From Acidobacteriota bacterium (lineage in GTDB: Bacteria > Acidobacteriota > Thermoanaerobaculia > Multivoradales > JAHZIX01): a stretch of DNA of 64,000 bases. Location of the stretch: contig JAXHTF010000006.1 in the NCBI GenBank assembly GCA_034211275.1, forward strand, positions 17,361-81,360. The letters are read 5' to 3'. The stretch's first letter is position 1. Each line of letters starts with the position of its first letter. The notes under the pieces were generated by a model. It had not been told where the DNA came from. It worked only from the letters and a program-made list of their open reading frames with translations, and did no database searches. Positions 35,012 to 44,188 of the stretch are shown here, in pieces. A program made the position numbers and the translations under genes.

Positions 35012-35584
35012 TCATTTCTCTTCAGAGTGGAGCTCCTTGCGCACCCAGAGCCTCACTCCCGCCACTGTCAACTCATACAGATCCACATCCAGCTCGCCTT
35101 CGACCTGCCGATACTCATACACCTGCCACGGCGGCTCATCCCGTTCGGCGTGGTGCGCGAAGCTGGAGTACGGGTTGTCGGGGAGAAGAGCGCTCAAAGG
35201 AAGATCGAGATCGTCGAGGAGATCTTCAACTACTTGGAGGGCGCTCCGGGCACGTGCTTCGCCCAGGTAGCTGATCACCAGGGCGCTGAGGGACTCGATG
35301 CGAGTGCGGAGGTTGTCGAGAGTGAGGCCGTTGAGGTCCAGGCCGTAGTCGTCGCCGTATTCCTCCAGAATGGTGAGCTGCTCGTCGAGGTCGAGGTCGA
35401 TGACCAGGCACTCGTCGAGCGCCCAGTCTTCCAGGGCTTCGCGGCACTCTTCGAGCGTGGCGCGGGGATCGTGACGGAGGCGGTATTCGATGAGTTCGAG
35501 CTGGCGGGCGCAGGCTGTGTCGATAGCTTCGTTGGCAGCTGCGCTGAGATGAGGATGGTGGGAGTCGAGAGAAGCGAGGGACAT
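35012..35584 (-). CDS. Highly acidic hypothetical protein (190 aa) immediately downstream of the relaxase gene.
   Basis: Asp/Glu/Leu-rich (DLDLDEQLTILEEYGDDYGLDLNGLTLDNL...DLLDDLDLPL). Confidence 0.45.
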   Translation of the reverse strand: MSLASLDSHHPHLSAAANEAIDTACARQLELIEYRLRHDPRATLEECREALEDWALDECLVIDLDLDEQLTILEEYGDDYGLDLNGLTLDNLRTRIESLSALVISYLGEARARSALQVVEDLLDDLDLPLSALLPDNPYSSFAHHAERDEPPWQVYEYRQVEGELDVDLYELTVAGVRLWVRKELHSEEK

Positions 35585-35622
35585 GTGAGGAAGGGTGAGA
35601 GGGTAAGAAGAACGGGAGAGAA

Positions 35623-36474
35623 TCAGCGCTCCCGGTCGCGAGATTGGGGCTTTTTGGCTGGAGGCGCACGGGAGCGGTCGAGCGAGGAATTGGGAAGCTC
35701 CGGCGCAAGCCGCCAGGCCTGACGCGCGCGCTCAAAGGTCTCGGCGAGCCCCAGCGTCGTCAGCCGATAGCGTCGACCACTGCGCAGATCCTCGACGCCG
35801 ATGGTCTTGCCCCGCTGGTAGAGGCGGAGGCCCTGCTGAAGGAGGCGCTGGTAGCACTCGGCGCCCGACCATGACCGGCTGAGCTCCTGCTGGATCAGTT
35901 CACATAGGACTTGCTTGCGACTGGGCGCTCGCTCTCCACGCCGGCGACGCTCTTGTTCTGCCCGCGTCTCGTGTTGCTTGCTTCGCGAACGGGGTCCTTG
36001 CGCCAGGGAGTGGCTCAGCTGCGGATAGCGCTGCTTCTGGTACTGCTCCAGCTGCTGTTGTACCTGGCGGAACTCTCGTCTCGACAACCGCAGGCGCTGC
36101 GAGCTGCCGACGTTGTTGGCGGAGATCACCAGGTGAACGTGCGGGTTGTCCGCATCGAAGTGAGCGCGACCGTAGGCCAGGGCGTACGGAGCCCGCAGCT
36201 CCAGGTACCGGCGGGTCAGGTCTGTCAGATCCTCAGGGGCGAGCTGATCTCGATCCCCCGGTGCAAAGCTCAGCACCTCGTGGTAGAGCACGTTCCCGTT
36301 CTTGCGCGGTGGCAGGAGATGGGCGTTGTGCAGGAACTCCCGCCGGATCGCTTCGGGTGAACCGTGTCCTCCGAAGTTGTGGAGGAGTGGAGTGCTGGCT
36401 TCTTGGGGCCGGTCGATGTAGCTCAGCAGCTGGCCGAAGCTGATGCTCTTACGCGCCATCGACTTGATGATCAT
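35623..36474 (-). CDS. Relaxase/mobilization nuclease (MobA/VirD2-like, HUH).
   Basis: MIIKSMARKSISFGQLLSYI... NVLYHEVLSFAP ... NPHVHLVISANNV is the Relaxase/Mobilisation nuclease domain pattern with its His cluster. Start is the Met at 36474 (cat verified), overlapping the mobC end. Confidence 0.75.
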   Translation of the reverse strand: MIIKSMARKSISFGQLLSYIDRPQEASTPLLHNFGGHGSPEAIRREFLHNAHLLPPRKNGNVLYHEVLSFAPGDRDQLAPEDLTDLTRRYLELRAPYALAYGRAHFDADNPHVHLVISANNVGSSQRLRLSRREFRQVQQQLEQYQKQRYPQLSHSLAQGPRSRSKQHETRAEQERRRRGERAPSRKQVLCELIQQELSRSWSGAECYQRLLQQGLRLYQRGKTIGVEDLRSGRRYRLTTLGLAETFERARQAWRLAPELPNSSLDRSRAPPAKKPQSRDRER

Positions 36475-36841
36475 GAGCCTGGCTATCGCTGGGAAGTTCC
36501 TCGAGGGTCTTCTGGAGCACGCCGACCACGCGCTCCAGCGTGAGCACGAGCTTGCCAGCGTTGCGCAGGTCTTGGTGGGTGACCCGCTGGAAGGAGTTGG
36601 CATGCGCCGCCATCTGGTTGAGGTTGGTGCCGACGCGACGAATCTCCTGGATCATCTGCCCCAGGTGCTTCTGGAGAGAGTCCGGCAGCATCGTGCGTCG
36701 CTGGCAGTAGGCGATGGCCGCATCCCGTAGGAAGGGCGCGAGCTTTGCGCCGAAGCTCCGGGCGGTGGTGAGCAGCAGCTCGTGCTGGTGGGGGTAAAGG
36801 TTGCAGGTGACGCGGTGCGTGTAGGTGCCGTGCAAGGCCAT
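36449..36841 (-). CDS. mobC: MobC-family relaxosome accessory protein.
   Basis: EIRRVGTNLNQMAAHAN matches the MobC signature (IRRIGNNLNQIAR..N). It sits upstream of and overlaps the relaxase gene. Confidence 0.7.
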   Translation of the reverse strand: MALHGTYTHRVTCNLYPHQHELLLTTARSFGAKLAPFLRDAAIAYCQRRTMLPDSLQKHLGQMIQEIRRVGTNLNQMAAHANSFQRVTHQDLRNAGKLVLTLERVVGVLQKTLEELPSDSQAHDHQVDGA

Positions 36842-37084
36842 GGGGAAGGGGGTGAAAGGGCAATGCCAGCACCGTATCCCCTGATGACCGCAAAACCGGT
36901 GGATTCGGCAGCCGAGACCATGAACTCGGGGGGTTCTTCCTCGAAGGAAAGGCCGTCCGTGGTCACGCGCCTGCGCGCAGAGCGCTCAAGGGCGACACGC
37001 CAGTACTGCTGTTGCCTTGCCGGCGCTGACTCTCCGGGAGCACGAAGCCGCAGAGATCAGTCTACGCCCCGAAGTATTAAGGAT

Positions 37085-37300
37085 TTGTTAAAAATCCAGA
37101 CTTTCTGGCTGCACCGCGCCGGGGGTCGAGGGGGCCGTCCCCCTCGCAAGATTAGGGCGCCCTGCGGCCGGGCAATTGGCAGCGGACTCTGTCCGGAAGC
37201 CGAATTGCAATCTTGCCCCCTCCCGAGCCTTGCAAGCGGAGGGGCCACCGCGAAGCCGGGCGCACCATGTGCGGTTCCTGGCTTGCCCGGTCGCGCGGCT
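37085..37300. promoter_or_regulatory. Candidate oriT / mobC promoter region.
   Basis: Intergenic region upstream of mobC with an AT-rich tract (ttgttaaaaatccagac), a perfect 8-bp inverted repeat cgaggggg-ccgt-ccccctcg (37127-37146), and a second IR cccctccc…ggagggg (~37205-37245). Confidence 0.35.
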
Positions 37301-37384
37301 GTGCCCCCAACTTACCTATTGCCTGGTTTCTACGGAGTCATCTAAAAGCCCGCTATAGGTGAACCTCTCTTCTTTGCCGAGAGA

Positions 37385-37960
37385 TCAGGTCGTCCTCTCG
37401 CTATCTATGATCACCTGCTGTGTCGCGCATTCAGATATATCGCCCGGGAGATGCAAAATCCCAGGCCACGATTCGCTCTGAAGTCCGGCTCGAACATAGT
37501 ATTCGAACAAGGTCTCCCCGTTTGGGCCGACAATACAAATTGCGATTTCCTTAGTCTCGCCGGGCTTGCCTTCGAGCCAGTTCACTTGAGCTCGCCAAGA
37601 TTTCGTCTGGCGACTGATGCTCGCCGCGGGCTGCTGTGGCCAGTAGATTCGCTGACTGCCGTCTCCTTCTACGGTACATACCCAAAGCTGGAGGTCTTTA
37701 GGGAGGTGCTGAAAAGTCCCGTGGACTCGGAAAGAGCGATGTACCTTTTCGCCTGGTCGAGGAGATGTGATCTGAATCAATGCTTCCGTGTCTAGATCTG
37801 CCACTGAAGTTGATTTGCTAGCCAAGCCTGCAAGCTGATTCCGAAGGGCTTCTATCCTATGTTTTAGAAGAAAGATTACAGCCGATCCGGCTAGCAGCAG
37901 CAGTGCTACGACAGGAGGCCATCCGACCCAGTCTGAGAGGGCTTGGAGTTCCGTCAACAT
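37385..37960 (-). CDS. Hypothetical membrane-anchored protein (191 aa), low GC.
   Basis: N-terminal TM helix WPPVVALLLLAGSAVIFLL, then a soluble domain. No motif. Confidence 0.45.
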   Translation of the reverse strand: MLTELQALSDWVGWPPVVALLLLAGSAVIFLLKHRIEALRNQLAGLASKSTSVADLDTEALIQITSPRPGEKVHRSFRVHGTFQHLPKDLQLWVCTVEGDGSQRIYWPQQPAASISRQTKSWRAQVNWLEGKPGETKEIAICIVGPNGETLFEYYVRAGLQSESWPGILHLPGDISECATQQVIIDSERTT

Positions 37961-38227
37961 CTAAATCCTTCCTAGAGTAATCCCTTTGGTAGGAGGCTGG
38001 TTGCTAGGCTCATCTCCAGTGTTGCTGCTCTCAGGCTTGCCTCGTCCAAGAAATGAGACTCTTGAAAGTATTGACGCGTCACGAGGCGGCCTTTTGGCCA
38101 ATACTGCAGTTCGCTCCATATATTGCCGATTATCATTGGGGTGGCCCGAACGGAAGATGTCCTGACTGTTTGGTGCTGGGAACTCAATGGCTCTGTTAGG
38201 CGGGTCGCCCCCAAGATGTAGCTTCAC
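37961..38227 (-). CDS. Hypothetical small protein (88 aa).
   Basis: ORF abutting the previous gene (stop/start adjacent). Low GC. Confidence 0.25.
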   Translation of the reverse strand: MKLHLGGDPPNRAIEFPAPNSQDIFRSGHPNDNRQYMERTAVLAKRPPRDASILSRVSFLGRGKPESSNTGDEPSNQPPTKGITLGRI

Positions 38228-38461
38228 CTGAGGTATTAAGTCCTTGCGCCTGCTCGCAGACCATGAAACTATAGCGTAATTGGTCTAAATAGCGAGCTAC
38301 GTGCCTATTTTGCGCCTGCTACGTCCTGTTCGCAGGACTGCTAAGGTCTTAGCAGCACTTTGAAAGTGCTCGGGTCCGTAACTCAGGCGAGTCTTGCACG
38401 CCGAGGCTGCGGTTGTAGCGGCGAGCGAGCGGAATTATGGACATATCTAAGGACCGAAGTG

Positions 38462-39883
38462 ATGATTGTGCCAGGTCGAAGCCTCTTGGCTCAGGTTCTT
38501 TTCCTGCTCGGGCTCTTTTCGATCCATGGGACAGGTCTTCAAGCGAGTGAGACAGATTTCGTTGTCCCTACAAGCCGTCTCAACCTGCGCGTATGTCCAA
38601 GTGTAGACGGGTGCAGAGTTATTGAGACCCTGGAGCCAGGCCGTGTTCTAGAGGTTACCGGGGCGCAAGGAGAATGGCTAGAAGTTCTGACGGTGGAAGG
38701 TCAAGCTTCTGGTTGGGTGCACGGTGCTTATACTTCTCCTTCTGACCCCCCGTCTCAGCAACTTGGATCCGAAGAAGCGGTTGTGAATGGAGAGCCGTTC
38801 TCAGGCACCTGGCTCAACATTGCCGCTCTCTTAGTAGCCCTACTTCTAATGGCTCATATGGGATCCAATATGAGTCAAGGTCTTAGCTTTGCAAAATTGG
38901 GGATCCTCATTGCATTTAGTGGGTTACTTGGTGTTGTTCTTATACTGAATCAGTTTGGGCCGCTGCTGCAGCATTGGGTGCCTCCGTCGTTGCGGCTTCA
39001 AAAGCTAGATTTTCTTTGGGAGCCAGACCTACTCGCCGCTACTGAGGTAGGGTACACGGGCTTTCTACTGATACTGGCGGCTCTTGTATTCTCTACGTGG
39101 TTGTCTGCTCCGAGTAAAAGTGGGTGTAAGTCGTCTTTTCTCCAGGGTTTGGCTCTGGGGTTCCTGGCCGTGCCCGCGACTGCTGTGGCAGGCGCCTTGG
39201 GCTGGTTGGCCTTGAGAATTTTACTCTTCCTGTTCGTCGTTCTCGGAGTGATTCTAGTTCCTGTAGTCTGGATACTTGAGCACATAGTTGGGCCAGTGCT
39301 GCAGTGGCTTGCGACGCCACTGATATGGCTTTGGGAGAACGGTCTTAGGGATGTCGTGATCTGGCTTCTGACGCCAGTTAGATGGCTAGTAGAGACCATT
39401 CTGGCCCCAATTTCAAAATTCTTGGCAAAGTATGTTTTTATACCCCTTGGCAAGTTTGCGCTTCGAGTCTCGGTAGCACTCCTTCTACTCTTGCCGGTGT
39501 GCTTACCAGGCACGGCACTCATCAGCTCCTTCCGCACCGCGCTACGGGATCCCTTTGACTCCGTAGGCCTGTTTTCCCATGGGGTCGGGGTTGGCTTTGC
39601 ACTCTTCGACTGCGTACTCTTATCGGTACTAGCTGAGGCTGGAGTGCTCACTTCGACCCCACCCTTGAGCCTCACGTTGCTCGTTGGACTGGCCTTGGTA
39701 GGTATGGCGAGGCTGCTAATTCTTCGACTGTCTGGTCTAGAAGGAGGTGAGGACCCTCCTTTGAAGGTAAAGATTTTTCTTTACCTCCGTAGGTCTTGGA
39801 TCGAGGCTGTATTGAATGGCGTTCTGGGGCCAACTGTAATGATTCTTAGGATTGTGGCACTTGACTCTGATTCCTCTGATTAG
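38462..39883 (+). CDS. Hypothetical polytopic membrane protein with an N-terminal bacterial SH3-like domain.
   Basis: ATG at 38462 (MIVPGRSLLAQVLFLLGLFS signal), then RLNLRVCPSVDGCRVIETLEPGRVLEVTGAQGEWLEVL...GWVHGAY (SH3b-like), then at least 8 predicted TM helices. Confidence 0.5.
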   Translation: MIVPGRSLLAQVLFLLGLFSIHGTGLQASETDFVVPTSRLNLRVCPSVDGCRVIETLEPGRVLEVTGAQGEWLEVLTVEGQASGWVHGAYTSPSDPPSQQLGSEEAVVNGEPFSGTWLNIAALLVALLLMAHMGSNMSQGLSFAKLGILIAFSGLLGVVLILNQFGPLLQHWVPPSLRLQKLDFLWEPDLLAATEVGYTGFLLILAALVFSTWLSAPSKSGCKSSFLQGLALGFLAVPATAVAGALGWLALRILLFLFVVLGVILVPVVWILEHIVGPVLQWLATPLIWLWENGLRDVVIWLLTPVRWLVETILAPISKFLAKYVFIPLGKFALRVSVALLLLLPVCLPGTALISSFRTALRDPFDSVGLFSHGVGVGFALFDCVLLSVLAEAGVLTSTPPLSLTLLVGLALVGMARLLILRLSGLEGGEDPPLKVKIFLYLRRSWIEAVLNGVLGPTVMILRIVALDSDSSD

Positions 39884-40067
39884 AAGCCTATGTGTTGTTT
39901 TTGGCTGAGCTTTGTGTAGGTACTGTAAGCGAGGAATTGGAAGATCCCATCCTTGTATTTTCATCTACCATTGGCTAATGGGGGCGCTTGAGGGATGCCA
40001 AAGCTCTGCGGTCGTCGGTGGGCTTTTGCGGCACGTTTGGACGCGCTTTGACGCAGTATAGTCACTG

Positions 40068-41885
40068 CTATTGAGGTTTGATGTCAGGCATGAGGTTATA
40101 AGGAATATAGTATCCTGATATGAGCAGTGTGTGCCCGCTTTTTCCATCCTCGGGCAGGGCTAAGTCCTTGGGTACTTGGAAGGTGACTTCCTCTCCCTTT
40201 CGGAGAGTGAGGTAGTGGCCGTCGATACGGTGTAACTCACTGAGTTCGGATAGGGGAACTGCGGAGTCGGTTGGCTGAGAGCAGTCAGTGCAGATTGCTA
40301 GATAATCCAAGAAGGAGACTTCATCTTCTTCTTCTGAGAGAGTGAATTCCGTTACTCCCAGTGGGAGGGTGATTGAGTCCGTCATCTGAAACGTCCGGGT
40401 TACAGCCTCTGGGAAAACTGGTCGCAACCGAACTCTTTTTGCGTTCTTGGTGGCATAGAGGATCGGGCAGGAACCTTTTGCAAAGCCTCCCCGAACAAGG
40501 ACATTGGTTGGGTCGAAGCGACGGACAGAAAGAGAAGAGCGGGCTTTTCCAAAGCTTGCTACTATATGGTCAACGCGCCAGGAGGACCCTAGAATGTAGC
40601 TGTCCGTGATGTTCTTGAAGAAGGCCTTCTGGTCCAGTAGCTCCTTCGAGACTTCTCGAGACTTGAGGATGGCCTCTCGGTTTTGATCGATTCCGAGTAG
40701 AAACTGTATCCCAACTGCGTCGCCTGGGTACTCAGCCCACCATCTCTGTGGGAGATCCCGCTCCAAGAGTATGTTCTCTGCACCCCGATCTCCATATCTA
40801 CCATTCGATCCTAGTCTGAACTCGATTTGGAGGGGCACGAGAAGGTGTTCTCCTGGGAGCAGCTCTTCCAAGGGTACTTTCTGGGGATCAGGGTCGCTTG
40901 CCTCGAAGGCGTCGGTTTGTTCTTCTGGGCTTGTTAGCGTGAATGCCTTTCTTGATATAGATCTTGACAGAAGTCGCTCAATTGCCACTGGCTGATCGCT
41001 CACGTTTTCTATATCTAGAGAAAGCAGGGAGACCTCGCGCTGGAGTATATGCCCCGAGTAAGTGCCCCAGCTCTCTGAGAAGCGAGCCAGAAAAAGATCT
41101 TTTGGCGGGGAATCCACTGACAAGAGAGCGCGGGTAAGAGGGTCGTTAAGGTATTGAGTTGCTTCTTCTGGGCTTAGGGTGCCAAGAAAATAGAAGTCGA
41201 AGGGTCTAAGGGGCTGCTTGAGAATCTGGGCGCGATCATCTGGGGCAATAGTCCAGTAGGGGCTATCAAGCAGGCGTTTCTCAAGAGTTGATGCCTCTAC
41301 GTTCTTGATTAGAGGGCCTGCTCTAAGGGGCCTCAAAGATCCGAATAGGGGTTCTCGCAAGCGTCGCCATTCGTCCCTGTCGACGACTCCTGGTATATCT
41401 TTAAAGAATTCTTCCTCTCCTTTATTTCCCATGAAAACATTCATGGCGTCATATGGTAGCCGATGCTCTGGCGCATGAGCACTAATGCCTCCGCGCATCT
41501 TAGTTGCGCCCTTGATGGTGTACCTGATGACCTCTTCTAGATCCTTGAAAATGTCATTTTTTAACCAGTATGGTTCGAATAGAAAACCCTCCTTCTCGGA
41601 GAATGCATAGCCCTTCAGGGCGCGATCAAGAAGCAGTAGGCCATCTAGGCGAAGGTAGGATATTCGGAGATCCCTGTCTTGTGGTCCGGAAGCCTCATCC
41701 AATTTGTCGAAGTTTGCCTTGCCCATTCTACTATTTCTTGCTGAGTCATTGGGGCAGGATCCAGTGAGAAACAAGACCAAAGAGATCGCCGGGCCGAGCA
41801 CTCCTGCAATGCATCCAATATAAGTGGCTTTGGAAGGCAAATGCCATTTATTCCACTGTGTGCGTGTGGGGATGAGTTTCTTCAT
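40068..41885 (-). CDS. Hypothetical large membrane-anchored protein (605 aa), low GC (~48%).
   Basis: N-terminal TM helix YIGCIAGVLGPAISLVLFLTG. The large domain has no motif I can assign. Confidence 0.5.
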   Translation of the reverse strand: MKKLIPTRTQWNKWHLPSKATYIGCIAGVLGPAISLVLFLTGSCPNDSARNSRMGKANFDKLDEASGPQDRDLRISYLRLDGLLLLDRALKGYAFSEKEGFLFEPYWLKNDIFKDLEEVIRYTIKGATKMRGGISAHAPEHRLPYDAMNVFMGNKGEEEFFKDIPGVVDRDEWRRLREPLFGSLRPLRAGPLIKNVEASTLEKRLLDSPYWTIAPDDRAQILKQPLRPFDFYFLGTLSPEEATQYLNDPLTRALLSVDSPPKDLFLARFSESWGTYSGHILQREVSLLSLDIENVSDQPVAIERLLSRSISRKAFTLTSPEEQTDAFEASDPDPQKVPLEELLPGEHLLVPLQIEFRLGSNGRYGDRGAENILLERDLPQRWWAEYPGDAVGIQFLLGIDQNREAILKSREVSKELLDQKAFFKNITDSYILGSSWRVDHIVASFGKARSSLSVRRFDPTNVLVRGGFAKGSCPILYATKNAKRVRLRPVFPEAVTRTFQMTDSITLPLGVTEFTLSEEEDEVSFLDYLAICTDCSQPTDSAVPLSELSELHRIDGHYLTLRKGEEVTFQVPKDLALPEDGKSGHTLLISGYYIPYNLMPDIKPQ

Positions 41886-42035
41886 GAGGTTCTTTCGGAA
41901 TACTTCCTGGAAGACTCAACTGACTCTCCGGTAGCAGGAAACTGAGGCTGCCCGGTAGCCAAAGGAATAGGCTCCTGATTCGACTAGTCAGCGAGACTAG
42001 GGCAAAGTGGGGTTCGCCTCTTTCCCTGAATTGTA

Positions 42036-43160
42036 ATGCCTCTAAATATAAACCTCCTTCCCAAAGATCTTACCACTCTCCGCCAAAACACCCACTGGCG
42101 TGACCTCTTCAGCGCCCTCCAGATCCAAAAGGATCCGAAGAAGTCCAAAGGCTCGGATTGGTGGGGCAAGAGCCCCTTCCGGCCGCAGGAGAACACTGCG
42201 TCGTTCCACATGAACGCCCGGGGCTGGTACTGCCACGCTACCGGTCAGGGTGGTGGGCCAATCGAGCTTTTGCAGCGGCTGCATCCAGGGATGAGCTGCT
42301 ACGACGCCGGACGTTGGCTCCTAGATCATGGTGTGAGTCGCATTGTCGAAGGAGTGCGCGAGGAAGTCGCGGCTGCTGAGAGTGAGCCGGAGGAGGAAGT
42401 CCGTGAGAATCCACCGATCCGGCAGGATCTTAGGTCGCAGCTCGCGCCCGTGCATCCCAGCTTCGAAGAGCGTGGGATTCCTGCGCAGACGTTAGAGATT
42501 CTCGGTGCTGGGTACTTGGAGCGTCCGCCGCGGAAGAGTGGTAAGCCCGATCCGATGAACCAGCGGCTGGTCTTCCAGATTCGCTCGCTCCGGTCGAACG
42601 ACGCCGGCGACCTGGTGCCGGTGATCGTGGGGCATATGGGACGCGCTACCAGCGTCGAGCAGGCGGAGCAGGACGGCAAGTGGTGGACATACGGTGGGTT
42701 CCGCAAGAGTTTGGAGCTCTACAACGTGGATCTCGCGGTCTTGAATCCGGAAGCGCGGGCTCAAGCGGCGGAGACCGGCCATGTCCTGGTGGTCGAGGGC
42801 TGCTTCGATGTTGCCAAGCTCTACGCCGCGGGGATCAAGAACGTCGTGGCCTTATTCGGCAGTCGGCTGAGCGAGCGCCAAGCCGAGCTGCTGGCGACGT
42901 TAGCTGAAGAAGTTGGTGTCGAGCGCCTGCGCTTCTTTCTGGATCGCGATGAAGCTGGCCAGCAAGGGACGGCGTCCGCTCAGGAGCTGCTCCTTCGAGC
43001 GCCGGAGGAGAATCCTGGTCTCGTGGTCGACTCCTTCGACTGGGGGCAATCCTGGCAGTCTCCTGTCCGTGGAGCCGTGCAGATCCCTGCCTCGATCACC
43101 GATCCCTGCGACTTCTCTCTGGGGCAGCTGCAATGGCTGCGTGCGGAGGGCCTTCTCTAA
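42036..43160 (+). CDS. DNA primase (CHC2 zinc finger plus TOPRIM), mobile-element type.
   Basis: SKGSDWWGKSPFRPQENTASFHMNARGWYCHATGQGG (CHC2 zinc finger), and VLVVEGCFDVAKLYAAGIKNVVALFG (TOPRIM E...D). Confidence 0.75.
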   Translation: MPLNINLLPKDLTTLRQNTHWRDLFSALQIQKDPKKSKGSDWWGKSPFRPQENTASFHMNARGWYCHATGQGGGPIELLQRLHPGMSCYDAGRWLLDHGVSRIVEGVREEVAAAESEPEEEVRENPPIRQDLRSQLAPVHPSFEERGIPAQTLEILGAGYLERPPRKSGKPDPMNQRLVFQIRSLRSNDAGDLVPVIVGHMGRATSVEQAEQDGKWWTYGGFRKSLELYNVDLAVLNPEARAQAAETGHVLVVEGCFDVAKLYAAGIKNVVALFGSRLSERQAELLATLAEEVGVERLRFFLDRDEAGQQGTASAQELLLRAPEENPGLVVDSFDWGQSWQSPVRGAVQIPASITDPCDFSLGQLQWLRAEGLL

Positions 43161-43170
43161 CTTTCCCTTC

Positions 43171-44058
43171 TTGAAGACTTCTTCTCTCCATCGAGAATTC
43201 CGGCAATACGCTCTCGCTGATCGTGGCCTCCAGCCGCGGACCGTTCGCGACATCGTGACCATCGTTGGTCGACTGACCGCCTTCAGCCGCACAGAGCGGC
43301 TCGCCAAGCTCACCACGCCGCTCATCCAGAGCTTCCTGCGGCATGGACGGATGGAGAAGGGCTGGGGCACTCGGACCTTCCGACTCTATCGCCAGTACCT
43401 GAAGGCTTACTTCGAGTGGTGCGTCCGAGCTGGCTATCTTGCGGAGAATCCCGTATCCCCCATCGAGAAGCCGCGGCTCCCTCAAAGCCTGCCGCGGTGC
43501 CTCTCTCATCGGGAAGCCCGTCAGGTGCTCTACGCTGCGCGCCACGCCTCCTGGCCAACCGAGCTCCAGCGCTGCCGCAGCGAAGCGATGGTGGCGACGT
43601 TCCTTATGACTGGTGTGCGCCGGGCAGAGCTCCTCCGGCTCGAGGTGGCGGATCTCAGTTTTCGGGCTGGGACGATGACGATCCGCGCCGGCAAAGCTCG
43701 GAAGGATCGGACCATTCCGCTCCATCCCCAGCTGGTGCCGATCCTGCTGGGCTACCTGGAGGAGAAAGGGCGCCAGAAGAGGGAGTCGCTGTTCCTGTTC
43801 TCCAGCATGCGTTCCGAGAAGCCGCTCACCGCGAAGAACCTCTACGCCATCCTGGAGCGCGTCGCCCGCAAGGCTCGCGTCAAGTTCACGCCCCACATGC
43901 TCCGCCATACCTTCGGTCGCGAGCTCGTCGAGGCGGATTTCAACGTGTACAAGCTCAAGGAGGTGATGGGGCATGCCAGCGTAGCGACGACGCAGAGCTA
44001 CGTGGCGCTGTCCTCGAAGAGCATCAAGGAGAGTTTCGAGCAAACGAGAATTTATTGA
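43171..44058 (+). CDS. Tyrosine recombinase (XerC/XerD-like phage integrase family), the second on the island.
   Basis: N-terminal SAM-like LHREFRQYALADRGLQPRTVRD...; catalytic region ...RAGKARKDRTIPL...HMLRHTFGRELV...GHASVATTQSYV (R..H-R-Y). The start is uncertain: TTG at 43171 or GTG at 43141 just after the primase stop. Confidence 0.7.
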   Translation: MKTSSLHREFRQYALADRGLQPRTVRDIVTIVGRLTAFSRTERLAKLTTPLIQSFLRHGRMEKGWGTRTFRLYRQYLKAYFEWCVRAGYLAENPVSPIEKPRLPQSLPRCLSHREARQVLYAARHASWPTELQRCRSEAMVATFLMTGVRRAELLRLEVADLSFRAGTMTIRAGKARKDRTIPLHPQLVPILLGYLEEKGRQKRESLFLFSSMRSEKPLTAKNLYAILERVARKARVKFTPHMLRHTFGRELVEADFNVYKLKEVMGHASVATTQSYVALSSKSIKESFEQTRIY

Positions 44059-44188
44059 GACGAAGCCGCTAGGAGGCTTCAGCCGCCAAGCCGGACCGCT
44101 GACGAGCTGGCTGGTTGAAAAGCCAGCTGCTCTATCTCCAGAAGCTGAGAGAGTTGAGCAGGTGACTGCAATCGCCAATCAACCATGG

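Noticed and set aside
35226-35735. 169-aa minus-strand ORF and other overlapping Arg/Pro-rich ORFs around the acidic-protein and relaxase genes (34940-35722+, 35911-36360+)
   Set aside because: These are shadow frames of the relaxase and acidic-protein genes. They have no start context and a low-complexity composition.
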